Shown here: positions 24,775 through 38,473 of the stretch, one piece after another
Layout: every line of letters starts with the position of its first letter
Position numbering within the stretch: position 1 is the stretch's first letter
NCBI RefSeq assembly: GCF_006345805.1
Contig: NC_042999.1
Location: 105,338,001 to 105,402,000, forward strand
Origin: Octopus sinensis
Taxonomy: Eukaryota
DNA length: 64,000 nt
Direction of reading: 5' to 3'
The notes under the pieces: generated by a model
Told to the model about the DNA's origin: nothing
What the model saw: only the letters and a program-made list of their open reading frames with translations
The model's database searches: none
Program-made: the position numbers and the translations under genes

Positions 24775-24978
24775 GACCGCGTGTGTACCGTTGGCGATTT
24801 TTTTTCCTCTGTCTTCCCTTCTCTGGATCTTTCCTTCTTCTATGTTTCCGACGAAGAGCTCCGCTCGAAACGTTAAACCCTACTTCTGTTCTACTTTCCT
24901 GAGCGTCCAATAATAATATATTTGTTCCAGGTCCTCGCGTTGTTGTGTTTTTTTTGTGCTTTCATGTTTGGATTAACT
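24775..24978 (+). repeat. PLE-LTR-like repeat with minimal HHR (24844-24878, U4C core variant), ending at (TA)n
   Basis: gttt-CCGACGA-a-gagc tcc gctc-GAAACGTT-aaac. Confidence 0.75.
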
Positions 24979-25378
24979 TTATATATATATATCTATATAT
25001 ATAATTCAGCTGCTGACACTGAAGACACTTAGTCCTGTCGCACATAACAGATGATTCTTGTTTTCTAATAAAAAAAGTATGAGTGATTTTATGCTTCATG
25101 TTCTGAAAAGATATCCACTTTAAAATGGATATTAACTTTGCAAAGTGAAGCACAGCTTCATATATTTCATAGAGATACCTGTTTTTTTTTATATAATTGA
25201 GGAGGGGGAAAGCCTTTTTATAATTTTTCCATGAGCTTTTAACGGTTTTCTAGTGATTTTACAATTCCAATATTTGTGGCGGACAGACGTAAAATCGTGT
25301 AAAATGACAAACCTAATTTTTATTTTTTTATTTCATTTTTGAAAACCGACGTAAAATCCAGAACGACTTAATCGAAAC

Positions 25379-25745
25379 GACATCGTACTCATCGCTGAAA
25401 ACATGGATCAGCTTCAGACATCAACAGTTCTGCAGTAGGTCTCAAGATGAACCGCATGAAAACAAAGTTCATGCGGTCAGACAACATACCAACAGGTCGA
25501 ATGGTGATCGGCAGTGATGAAATAGAGGAGGTGAGAGAATATATCTACCTGGGACAGGAAGTAAATATGTGCCGAGATATCAAAAAAGGAGATCTCACGG
25601 AGAGTAAGGTCCGGATGGAAGGCGTTCAATGGCATAAGGGATGTGCTCAAGTGAAGGTTGGACAGGACCACCCGCGCCAACCTCATTAACAGTGCAGTTT
25701 TGCCTGCAATGTTATATGGTAGTGAAACATAGGCTACCACAAAGA
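25379..25745 (+). mobile_element. RTE-clade LINE internal fragment (end of RT/thumb)
   Basis: IVLIAEN...KTKFMRS...IEEVREYIYLGQEVN...SAVLPAMLYGSET. Confidence 0.8.
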
Positions 25746-25747
25746 GA

Positions 25748-25778
<31 letters not shown>

Positions 25779-25780
<2 letters not shown>

Positions 25781-25943
25781 CGCACGAGTGGCTGTGTGGT
25801 AAGTAGCTTGCTAACCAACCACATGGTTCCGGGTTCAGTCCCACTGCATGGCATCTTGGGCAAGTGTCTTCTGCTATAGCCCCGGGCCGACCAAAGCCTT
25901 GTGAGTGAATTTGGTACACGGAAACTGAAAGAAGCCTGTCGTA
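25779..25943 (+). mobile_element. tRNA-derived SINE (family B)
   Basis: ggcgcacgagtggctgtgtggtaag...gggttcagtcccactg...ggaaactgaaagaagcctgtcg; A/B-box-like motifs. Confidence 0.88.
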
Positions 25944-27502
25944 TATATGTATATATATGTATGTATACATAGAGTGAAAAAAGTATGGATACATACATGC
26001 ATATATACATATATATATAAATAATATGTATATATGTATATATTTATATATATATTTACATATCTATTTATCATGAAGTTTCGCTGAAATAGTTATATAT
26101 ATTGAATAAATTTAAGAACACCTCGTAACTTGTTTAATTTCACAGCGTAAATAGTGAACATGAGCCATCTTTCGTATCTCCAAGCAGCCTAATGATTAGA
26201 GAGCAAATAGTTTTATTTTTTTGATTTGCGAAAATTTGTGGAAGATCAAAGTTATTCAAGATCCGAGAAGTTTCTGTAAGGCATACATGAATCTCTAGGT
26301 CCTTTTGTGCGTCAATGTTTATAATGGATTACATTTCTAACAATATATACTTTAATAGTATATGAAAGTGTGCCTATGTGCCTTAGCGTGTGTACATTTA
26401 ACCACACTTTATAGAAATCTTATTATAACGAGAGAACTAAAGTTTAGTGGTTTTACATTTTTCCTTTTTATCTTCCCTCCTCAAAGTAAAATATTCCAAT
26501 GCGATTCTATTCTTTGACTATTTCGAGCTATTTTGGCTCTCATCAATGATATGTCACTATGAGAAGTAACTATGAATGAACTTAGAAAGCTATAGCTTTA
26601 TTTATAATCCAGGCAATACATTGACTGATTTGCTCTTGTACATTGCCAGCCCTAGGTATTCTATTCTTGGGCTGCAGTTTTTAAATTAAAGTATTTCAAT
26701 ACGTTCCAGAAATTAAGCTATTTCTCAGTACAAATAAACATCCAACAGTTTTCGAGCGGTTTGAGTAGTTCAAATACATTATGATATCGTTACCCGTACT
26801 ACTAAGTTCTCTTTCCATCATATATTTAAAGTCTTAATTCAGTTAGGATTTATGAATCACTCTTGCTATATTTGGTGTTCGGATTATTTGCTTTTGTAGA
26901 CATACATAAGGAAGAGGAAACTCAGTACACAATAATACCCGATTATTCGTGTTTCCTCAACTATATGTCTATTATAATATAGCATTAGCAGATTGCCAGC
27001 AGATACCTAGTCAAATGACTATCCAAGCAGTTTGAAATTCGCTCGTCATACCACAAGAACTAATATGAAAGGAAATAACCAGAGGAGATATTCCTTATAA
27101 ATACCTGCTTGTCCATGCAATTGTCAATAGATTTCAGAACCAGTTCATAGTAGCTTAACGCTCACAAACCAGTAATCCACAAATAAATATCGTACTGATC
27201 ATAATGCATAAAATATCTTTGGTCCTATAACTCTACATTTGGTTTTATGTATCAGTTAAATTTCTTTAAGGTTATTATACAGAATCTCTTGTTTTACAGC
27301 CCAGTACAAACAGAAAAGGAATTTGGGAACATTTTCCCATCAGTTTATCACCCTTTAAATTTTACATATTTCAACGTCCAAACGGCTCTGTAACGTTAAC
27401 TAAGAAATACGTTCTACATTTATAGAACACATGTCCAATTGAAACTCAACAAACAATTAAAGATGGAGAAGAGGTGTTATAAGTTTTAAAATATTTAACC
27501 CA

Positions 27503-27615
27503 TGCATGCAATCGTTTCGAAAGGTAATATTAACATGTAAATAACATGGTAAAAAAAATTAACTTAATTATAATTATAATAACATGAACTATATATTACT
27601 ATTCTCCTCAGTGCG
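27503..27615 (-). ncRNA. Type I hammerhead, intact CUGAGGA core but GCA triplet (U16.1->C)
   Basis: cgca-CTGAGGA-gaa..agtaatat...atattac..ttc-GAAAC-gatt-GCA-tgca. Confidence 0.7.
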
Positions 27616-27884
27616 AAAAAAGAATACATCAAAAAGAATGTTATACTGTTAGAGAAGATTAGGTGGGGTGAGTGTCACATAACATATTCGGATATACATA
27701 ATATCTTTATGAAAGATTATAGTTAGAGTTCATACACAACTAGACTCAACACTATCTTAGCAAGTTTTTATCTTTCATACAAATATACTGTATATCCGAA
27801 TATGTTATGTGACACTCACTCCAGCTAGTCTCCTTTGACAGTATAACATTCTTCTGATGTATTTATTTTGATGCATTCCTTTTT

Positions 27885-27994
27885 TGCACTGAGGGGAACA
27901 GTAATATGTAAGCAATTTAATTATAAGTATAATTAAATAAAATTTTTACCATGTTATTTAATGTTAATATTACCGTTCGAAACGATCGTATGCA
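27885..27994 (+). ncRNA. Type I hammerhead, A9->G core, intact GUA triplet
   Basis: tgca-CTGAGGG-gaac agtaatat...atattac c gttc-GAAAC-gatc-GTA-tgca; helix III ACGAUCGU is a perfect palindrome. Confidence 0.72.
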
Positions 27995-30900
27995 TGGATT
28001 AAATTTTTTATAAAACTTATAACAGCTGCTCTTCTCCATCTTTAATTGTTTGTTGAGTTTTTATAGGATACTTGTTTTATAAATGCTCATAACACACTAC
28101 CCATGTAACATGAAGAATATTTATAAATCGGCTTTTGGAACTCCCTAAAGGAAAGGATGAAATAGAACTCAACCTTCTCCCTCATATATATATATATATA
28201 CATATAGATATGTATGTGTTTGTGTGTGTGTGTGTGTGTTAGTGTGTGTATGAGTGTATGTGTGTGTGTATGCGTGCACGTGCTTTCGCCTGTAAAATAT
28301 AATAACCATATATCATGCAAATCGCACATTATCGCCTTGGGAAATAGACACTAGGACAGTGTAGCTGTGGAGGAATAGTTTCACTAAATGGTATGAACGT
28401 GAAAATAAAAACAAAAATAAAGTTTTGCTGTTTCGATTCGAGATGATTAGCATCAAACAATATAATTCACGTTTCTAATTGATTTAGTATTTAATACTAT
28501 TTCTCTGCTATACTTTGAGAATTAAAACTTTCATTAAAAGAAATCAGAACAACACAAGCAAACGCAAATATTAACGTGCCCGTTATAAATATTGTATCAT
28601 GTGATATATTTCCTTGTATTCAACAGTTATCATCCTAAAATGTCTATATTGATATTCCAAAAGTTGTGAAAGAATACTGCATGATAAAATCGTTCTGTTC
28701 CCATGTTGGATTTAATACAATAAGTCAAAGCGTATAAAATTCATGATAAGCCATGAATATGACAAATTTCCATTGACACTCCCCATCTACAAATATACAG
28801 CATCATAAGAGATAATTAACTATTTCTGTAAAAAAGACCTTCATGGATTAAACGAAAACATCTCTCTGAGTAAACCATTTTTTTCAACTTTTAATCGTAG
28901 TATTTACTATTGAACTTCTATATTTAAAGATGACAATATGATACAGTCACGCATTCCCAATATTTTATCCCCAAACAGTTTTATTATTCTTTCACACTAA
29001 AAAATATCATATAATTCCAACACAAACCCTTGCAAACGGAGTTGACAGAAATTTAGCTGTGCACAATTATATTTAACACGTTCGCGTACACTCAAGGATA
29101 CAAATTGCGAACCGAGGATCTTTAGAATTTTGCGAGTACACGAACGTACTTAGGATATCAGAACTCATCCATATTTGAATCAACGCTGCTTAAGGCACTT
29201 CTAGTTTATTAATTCCCGCTTGGCAAATCTCTATATACATCAGCATATTTACAGTTCGCTGCTTAAATAGAGGGACGGTAATTCTTAGTATACTATCATT
29301 GATTCTGCATCTGTAGAGATGGAGCTTAAATATGCAGAAACACGTATCCTATGTCGGGATTTATAGCTCAGTTGTCTGTTGTCTTATACATTAGTTACAA
29401 GAAGAATTTCTCCCGATATACACTCGAATTTAGGCGCATGCAAACTTGCTAAATTGTACGAACCTATGCTTAAGTTGGTTCTCAATGTCATGTTAGCAGA
29501 TGCGAAAATTAGTACAGTGTCTATCTGGGTCAATAGATTAAGGGAACACTGAAAGACTCATTTTGATGTAATTGTTTTAAAGTGCAGATGAAAGGAATTA
29601 TGAAAGAAACAAATAATTGGTCTAGCAATGATTTTTTTAGGAATATAATTTCCTACGTGTGTCCTGTAAATGGAAATTGTAAGCTAAAACGCTTCGTTAA
29701 AATATTAAAACAATAAGAAATAAAAGTCTGTCATAATCATGATACTCGTCATCATTATCTTCAGTCAAAAGGCGACAACCACGACAGTCATTGGCATTGA
29801 GATATCAACTTGGTTTCATCGTATTCTATTTGTCTACTTGGCCGCATGTTATAGGAACAGGTGTTATTCTAAAAGGTGGGTCTCGATTAAATTACATCAG
29901 TTAGAAACAACAAGCTTTTCTCAAAGACTTGGATCAACTTGTATATAGTGACACTATTCGGAACTTAGACAGCGTTTATGGGATTATTGTCCAGGGATTA
30001 AGTAAGCTTTGAACCTAAGAATGTAAAGTATGGTTTCGTTTTAACATAGAGAAATTACCATTTGCTCAAACGTCATGAGCAGTGCTCGATTACATTGAAT
30101 GAACCGACGAAAACGGAATTTTAGTCGATCAGTAATGTTTCAAGGGAGCGAACTATTGGAAATAATTCTGGATGTTTCTGTTGATTTCTAGCACAACAGT
30201 GGACTATACATTTCTTTGTAATTACTTAAGTAGCGAAGAAAATATTTTGAATTTCAAGTTTAAATGCTATACGTGACATAGATAATTGAGGACGGAGACT
30301 CACTAGCAGAGACGAGAAAATTTAATCGTAAAATTATATTGAATGACTATGAAGTCCAAGGAAGTACTGTAATTTATTATGGACAGTTAGACATTAAATC
30401 TTGTGAAGGTTTCGTAAGCGGTAGGTAAGATAATGAAAGTAGTTTTACTATGATTTCAATCAGTTTTGATAAAAATTAAATAATATTGCATTCTTGGGTA
30501 GGACGATGTTGAACCTTTCCAACAAGTACCGATGTTGTGGGGAGATTTCCAACGTATTAGTTCTTTCCTAAAGCTGGAGAAAATGTTTTGACAAAGAAGT
30601 AACTGCTATATACTACAAGCTGAAGATCTGTATGAATGGTACATCTATTTAGTCCTGGAGCAAACTTGAGATTAGATACTTATGATCAAATGTATTTCAG
30701 CCATAGATATCTAGTCTTTAGGGATTATGTAGGATTTCATTATCACCTGAATTTGAATGATTCTTTGCTGCGATTTCAACAGGAGTAAAGGACCACATAG
30801 AGACATCTTTGTATAACACATTAGTGCTTCGTAAACATACTTTAACTATGAAGAGAGGCGTTGTTTCTCTTGAGGATATTACTATGTAGATATTATTTGG

Positions 30901-31236
30901 TTGCTCTGAAAGTTTGGCGATACATTGAACTATCCATCATTGGTTGAGCAGAAAGGCAGATAATGTTGTTATTGTGTTTATTGAGTTATGTAATATATCT
31001 GGTTTTGTTCCGTTGCAGGATTCCAATAAGAGAAAAACCTTTGAAAGATATATTGCTCGCATCTATTCATGGAAGATGAGTAGATCTCGTTGAAAGTTTC
31101 AGATTGCTTCCGGGCAGTATCTTTTATACTGAAATTGATTCAGTGGAATAAAATGTGGGAGCTTATCACAGTTTATATATATGAACACACAAACACACGC
31201 ATACACACACACACACCCACTCACTCACAGACGCAA

Positions 31237-31294
<58 letters not shown>

Positions 31295-31448
31295 CGTATG
31301 TGTGTGTGTATGTATATGTATATGTATGTATATGTAGATATGTATGTATATATATGCCCATACAATATACATAGATACTTAACATACGTACATACATGCA
31401 TATACATGTGCATACATATACATACATACATACATACATATATATATG

Positions 31449-31502
<54 letters not shown>

Positions 31503-32562
31503 ATATACGTATATACATACATACATATACATACACATATATATATATCAAATAGGAAGGGGAAAACTATTAGGAATTGTTAAATGAAATATTCTTCACA
31601 GAAGACCAGAAGTCTTGGGTTTAAGTTGACATAATATGAATTCAAGAAACCATAAATTTTACAAATGCAGAAACGTATTAAAATTACTATTTTATTATCC
31701 TTTTGCAGAAGTTACCATTTAGACCCTGATAATCATTTATGCGTAAGATTATGAGCAATGCCACTCCAACCTTAAAATTATCTGTTTTTCAGGAACACAA
31801 TCTATATTTCTTTTAACGGCATAACGGGGATAATTAATAAATGAAGTAGAACTATATCCATGAATTCGATATACTAGAAAACAAAATTATCCTTTAAATA
31901 AACATTCCGATTTGGATCCAACCCTTGAAAATTCGAGGGAAACTTTTAAGTTATTTACACTTTAACCCTTTCCGTGATTTAAGCGCAATAGATATCAACA
32001 TGTCTCGCTAACTTATGAGAGGAAGTGTTCCTACTTCTGTTGCCTTTCTGAGCCAATATTGTGGCATTAGACTGATTTATATATTGTGTGTTCCTGTGCC
32101 TTCCACCTTTTCAGGTTGCAAAAATCATTGTTGTATTATTACGTATTTCAATATGTTCGGTGTTTATAACTATAGCTGCTACGCATATGTGTACAGTTTC
32201 TATATTTTTAATAATTAATAATATGCAAAAATACAGAATGAATATTACAGTTCAACATGAAAAAATATACGCATACTTTCAAAGTGCATTAATATAGGTT
32301 GGTGCAACATCTCTTTATTGTTAGTTAAGCAATAATCATTTCTTAGTTGCTTCTCCTCTTATTCAAAATATAATGTATTCCAAGAATAGAAAGGAATAAC
32401 GTCGCTAGATATAAATATTTTCACATTAATGAATGTTCAGTTTCAAATATTTTTTCAACGTTGCAAGTATGAAAACTGAATGCCATCCAAAAATAAATGT
32501 ATATTAGATAAATACATCTCTGTACTTATTAATATTCTACAATGTACACGTATGTATGTATG

Positions 32563-32634
<72 letters not shown>

Positions 32635-32779
32635 ATCTGTGTGTGTGTGTATGTGTATATATAAGTATATATACATTTGTTTACATATATATTCATATGT
32701 ATACATATATTTGTATATAGGTATGCCTGCGACTACCTATGTATGTATATACATAATAACTTCGCTTGATATAAATATA

Positions 32780-33540
32780 TTCATAATAAGATGAACCCCT
32801 TCTACATCCAGAGAATGTCTATATGTCCTCGATACATTCCTCAACGCCTGGTTACGACTATTTCATCGGTAGCATCCGATCTTACCTCAAATGAAGGCAT
32901 ATTTTATAATACGAAATATATGGCTCTCAGGTGGGCTGTCTATACAGACAGAATTAAGCTTATCACCGGCATTAAACTAATGTGAAAATATCAACTGATA
33001 TAGGCCAACGAAATGGCAACACCGGATTACAACTATAGGAACCCAGATACATGCCCATGAGATAAAGCATGTACGGTTACCTCAATTTTTTGCAAAGACG
33101 AGGATAGTCCCCTTCCAGAAAATTAAAGAAACACATAAATATATTTATTGAACAGTGTGCGAAAAAACTTGTAAATGAGATACTTCAAATATCAGTAGCC
33201 TCTCTGGCCGCAAGATGACAATAATAGCACAAAGATCGCAATCCACATTTGGAAGCAGAAGGACAGCCATATTCTGTACACATTTATTTGGAACATCGCA
33301 GAAAGATGATCACACATCATCAACTGAAATATTGTAAATACTAAATGAGCACATGTTCTAATTAGAGAGCATATTCTTATAGAAGCGCGCATTGTTAATA
33401 GATCGAATGATTGTGCCGACCATCTAAACTCAAGGGCAGAGATATTTATAAGATGTACACATCTCCACAGAATTTTGTGCTCGAAATGGAGCACTTGGTA
33501 GCACTTGGTAACACGAAATGGAGCACTTGGTAACACTAAA
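32780..33540 (+). mobile_element. Degraded, internally deleted Penelope-like element (RT thumb + endonuclease C-terminus, Naiad-like)
   Basis: P.YI.RMS..PRYI...LVTTIS...SDLTSNEGIF...ALRWAVYTDRIK; STKIAIHIWKQKD..I...IWNIA; HLNSRAEIFIRCTH. Confidence 0.7.
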
Positions 33541-34521
33541 ACATACATTAGCCTTTCCCTCTTCTAGTTATAGATATTGACACGCAGAGACACACACGCA
33601 CACATGCACAGGCACGTTCACGCAGACACATATATTCAGTAATACACATATTGATTAGTTGTACAAATAATATATTTCTAATATTTCTTAATTGCACAAT
33701 GTCCCTAATTTGGAAATAAGAATCGATTGATATACTGATATACATGCAACGTTAGCAAAATAGAATTCTTGATTCTTATTGAGTACTAAATCTGAAAAAA
33801 ATGTTACAAATATGAACATCATGTTTTTTGGGGGAGGGGGGTTACTGGATCAGAATTGACATTTAAATATTTGCATAAAAATTATAACTAAGAATGTAAA
33901 ATATACATACATGGAACTAAATTATACAATCTACAGTGTATTATATATTTGCCGATTTGTGTAGAACACAAGAACTATATAATGCAATATGTAACGGAAA
34001 ACTTTTTCTGACTATTTGAAATGATCATAAATTTGAACATCTGAATGTGTTGGAATACTACAGGTTTTGTGGTTACTTCTGTTTTTCTTAAATTTTTAAT
34101 TTAAAATTTTCATAATAGAGAACATGGAGGCAAAATAAACAATATGGTGTATTACTCTGCATAGATTTCACCGACAGCTTCCAGTTAGTTTTACTTTCAG
34201 TTTCATGTCTTCTTAGTATTATTGCTTGCAAATGATGAGTATTTTGAATAAACAATTCCATCATAAAATAATTACACATAATCATACAAAGCACGTTATT
34301 TTATATATCTACCCACTAACTACAACAAAAAAAGAAAAAAAACAACGACGAAAAAAAGGAAACATATCTCGCAGACCACGCCTCCATGTCTTCAATAAAG
34401 AAGGGCCTCATTGAGACACCTAATTGCATCATGTTCGAAAAAAAGAATATGACCTCAGCTGGAAGATCGAATTGATCAGTATTAAACCGGTTAATGAAAA
34501 TATACAAACTGACCAACAGAA

Positions 34522-34523
<2 letters not shown>

Positions 34524-34570
<47 letters not shown>

Positions 34571-34576
34571 TTACTA
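34524..34576. repeat. (TAC)n microsatellite
   Basis: Direct reading. Confidence 0.95.
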
Positions 34577-35319
34577 TAGCAGCAACAACCGCACCATCAA
34601 TTATATTAATACCTTAGTTGGCTGTATAATTTAACTTTCGGTTGATCCCAATTATTTATATCTGTTAAATCAATAACTTTCTATTTTCCAGTGAAGACTC
34701 CGAGGTAGACATTGTTTGTCGTATATCATCCTCATATTATTTCCAATTTTATTCGTTCAAATTTTTATCTTTTGATTGGCGAATATAACATGTAATTTCT
34801 CTGCACTGGTGAACTTAGATTGTTTTAGCCAAATTATGAGGGACAGGCTACATTCTATGAGTTACCGGTCAATATGAAATGATAAAAATATTGGTTTTGT
34901 CTGCAAAAATATGTGTGGATCAGTGGTCAATGTGATGATTTCATAATCATAACTTCCATATTTTGACTCCTAAATCTCGTTGTGCAAGGCATTTCAATTC
35001 TTGGTGCTCCGTTGCCCAGCAAAAGTGTAGCTGTCAAATGTGGATATAGCTTAGTCTCCCGTTGTTACACCTTTCATGTTCATGTAGGTCAATAGGAATT
35101 GAACTGAGAAGGTATCTCAGTTTACTTGCGACTTCATAGATATCTCAAACAATTGTCGACAAACTGTAAAACATCATCAGGTAATACTCGTGACATATAA
35201 GCATGTTGTTTTTCTCATTTAATTCCTCATGATTTTGTCTGGCCTAATAGTGAATATGCTTGAAGGAGCATGTCAAGATATCGTCCACGAAAGTCAAAGG
35301 TAATTATATTGATTAAATC

Positions 35320-35945
35320 TTGACCAGCTGCCAACAAAGCACGTGGAGTTCTGTTTTTGATTCGACGGTCATTCGGAATGCTCACATCAGCCATATTCCT
35401 ACCGCTCTATGTCACGCTGGTGAGACCCATATTGGAGTACGGGATTCAAGCCTCTTCTCCTTATCTCCTCAAAGACATACATCATCTCGAAAGAGTCCAG
35501 AAGCTGGCTACCCGTATGGTTCTTAGTCTCAAGCATTTGTCATATGAAGAAATTGAAGACGCTCGACCTTTTCTCTCTTGAAAAACGACGACGCCGTGGT
35601 GATCTCATACCCGCTCACAACATCATAAGTGGGAAGTGTAACCTCTCGAAAGAGCTGTTCTTCACTCCTGCTCCAGATCGTGGACTGTGGGGTTACTCCG
35701 AAAAGCTCTATCTACGACGATTTCATCTCAATCGAAGGAGAGGGGCTTTCTCCGTCCGGGTTGCGGATCCATGGAATAAGCTGGTAGACGAGATAGTAAA
35801 GATGCCGACGACCGCTCGGTTCAAAGTCTCTCTTGACCGGAAATGGCCTGCACTCTTTGTATGACCATCCTCCCTGTACATAACTCCATGTCCCCCTACA
35901 TGGCCTTGCTTTTGCTTTTTGAGCCAATTAAAAATTAAATTTAAA
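35320..35945 (+). mobile_element. CR1/L2-group LINE 3' end
   Basis: FLPLYVTLVRPILEYG...LERVQKLATRMV...LDLFSLEKRRRRGDLI...AFSVRVADPWNKL...FKVSLDR, A-rich tail. Confidence 0.9.
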
Positions 35946-37480
35946 AAATTAAATTAAATTGATTAATGCTGAAATAAACTGATTTAGACATACTGCTACA
36001 TTTATTCATTCCGCAGTCTTCGGAAAGCATTGTCAAATGTAAATTTTTAGTATGACCATAAGAAACAATAACCATAATATATTGCATGTTGTTGAAGCCG
36101 GCTTCTCAATGGTTATCGGATCATTATCAGTAGAAAAGCATTGGAAGCTGAAGAGTGAGAGATGGCTATTAAGATGCTGAATACTTCAGTCAATGTAAAT
36201 AATATGATAATTAAGTCGCATGGTTAATAAGATAGTCAGAAATTATCTGAACTACTGTTATACAAATATCACTGACAGTTGCTGATGGCAGATATAAATA
36301 CGACAGTTTGTTTGTAACATTTTCCGAATGAGGTGAATATAAATGAGCAATATTCATTGCAAGACACAATTAATATGGATAAGAGGAACTTCTAGTTTGC
36401 GCAGAGTGTGAAGCTATAGAGCTTAAGTTTGAACAAGAGTACATCTCTATTAGGAAATAATTTAAGTGTTTAGTTGGTGATCAGAGAAGCATTTTGACAT
36501 ATTTGTTCGCCACTCTCTCTACATGGGTGGTTCAAAAACGTATGCAAATATATATTATTTTAGGGTTAAATTTAATGCAATTTATTCAAAATAAATACTC
36601 ACTAGCTATGTCAGGCAGGAGCGAATAAGACGAATGCAGTAAAGGTATATAATTACTGACAACATTCACAAAATATATATCAATAAGCATTTTCACTTCT
36701 TATTGTTAACGTTACAGCTTTATCCGCTGTAGTTTATAATGCTTGTTGAAGGACATAAACAATCTAAAATTCATCATGAAAAAATAAAATATACAAAAAG
36801 GACAAATTTTAGCTGAACGCATTAAAATAAAGAAATATTGTTAAACAAGATGAGGCACAATACTATCTGCCTTTGTCTAAAATGTCGGCATCCCAACGAC
36901 ATGATTTCATTGAAATTTAAAAGCCGCTAATCAAATAAATAAATAAATACAAATATAAAAAAACAAAACTATCAATATCAACAAAGATAAAAATCAAATC
37001 TGACTTCAATAACTTTACATCAAAGATAATTGAAACTGTGTGCACACAGAGAATAAGAGACCGTTTATTCATGTTAGAATTTGATGCGACTGAACCAACA
37101 TAGGATAGGGAATATTTCCCATCATTTATTCTGCAAGACACAAGGCACAAATATCTGTCAAGAATAAATAATCTCTTGCGAAGCGGAGGCACCTCTGGAG
37201 ACAAAGCCATCGATTAATTATGTCGAAGGAAAATATGTCTGCAGGTGGAGAACGCTTCAAAAGTCTGTTACATTAACAAAACGCGGGATAAAAGAAATAA
37301 GATTTCTGCGAGAAATAGACCGCAAGACATATGTTTGTAATAAGTAAATGCCTGTAGGAATTTATTTTAGCTTTTCTTTCATCACAATTTATTATTGATC
37401 TATTGCAAGACGTAGCAAACAAGAAATCTCAGAGAAATGCACAGCCCCACCCATATATATATATACATATATATAAATAC

Positions 37481-37619
<139 letters not shown>

Positions 37620-38426
37620 AGTTTAACGCAGGTGTAATTCAAATACTTTTACTTCCGACACATGTTTCGAAGTGTTGTGTTAACAACCAACAAAAAGAGG
37701 ACAAATATCCGTCAAATGTAAATAATGTAAATAATGTGCAAACCCTGTTCTTGTAGTATGTTTCAGAGGAATGTTGGTTTCGTTTCTAAGTAGTGGGTGA
37801 TATACCTTAAATATTTACCGTATCAATCTTGCGTTCCTTGGCGGATTTACGTTTGAGCCTTTGTTTTGACAGTTAATTCGCTGTTAACATTCTTTTTGTC
37901 TCATTATGCATATGCTATTTAAGATTATATCGCTTAGCCTTAGAGTTTAGAAATATTCTGCATATACTATTAAAATCGTATACTAATTAATGGTTCAGTA
38001 GGTCTAGGAGAATAATGGAAAATTGATCTTGCATGATTTCTTGATAAATATGTACAGCAGTTCAGATTGTAAGCATATTTATATCCTTTTAATTAGTTTC
38101 CATTTTAAAAACTGTAAGTTTAAGAGCATTTCACATTCTATCTGTTTATAAATATTTTAATGAATTTTGTTTATGGTCTAGTATTAGCTTCTTTGTCATT
38201 TTAAAATTTCTCTTTCATCTCTTTTCTTTGATGTTTTCCTTATTTTTACATGGTACTTGAAAAACGGTTGGGGTAGACGAGCAGATTTGTGTTTTAAATG
38301 TATAAAATATTACAAGATAATAAATATATCATAAATATTTTATGTGGAAAATACAAGATAAAATAATTGGCTGGTGAGGAAGGGTCGAGTGCAAGTCCAA
38401 ATTCTTATGAAAGACGAGTGACAGAA

Positions 38427-38473
<47 letters not shown>

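Larger units (their letters stand above)
27417..28085. mobile_element. Fold-back element: about 300-bp inverted arms (27417-27717, 27770-28085), 52-bp spacer; each arm holds an HHR
   Basis: Anchors ctcaacaaacaattaaagatggagaagag, gtgtcacataacatattcggatata and their reverse complements; moderately diverged. Confidence 0.93.

Noticed and set aside
26165-26235. ctaatga...gcaaat/atttgc-GAAA as an HHR
   Set aside because: Spacing to the core is wrong; no cleavage triplet or stem I
36917-37260. Minus-strand ORF MALSPEVPPLRKR and alternative exon frames
   Set aside because: No domain similarity, low-complexity hydrophobic tail, several equally weak frames
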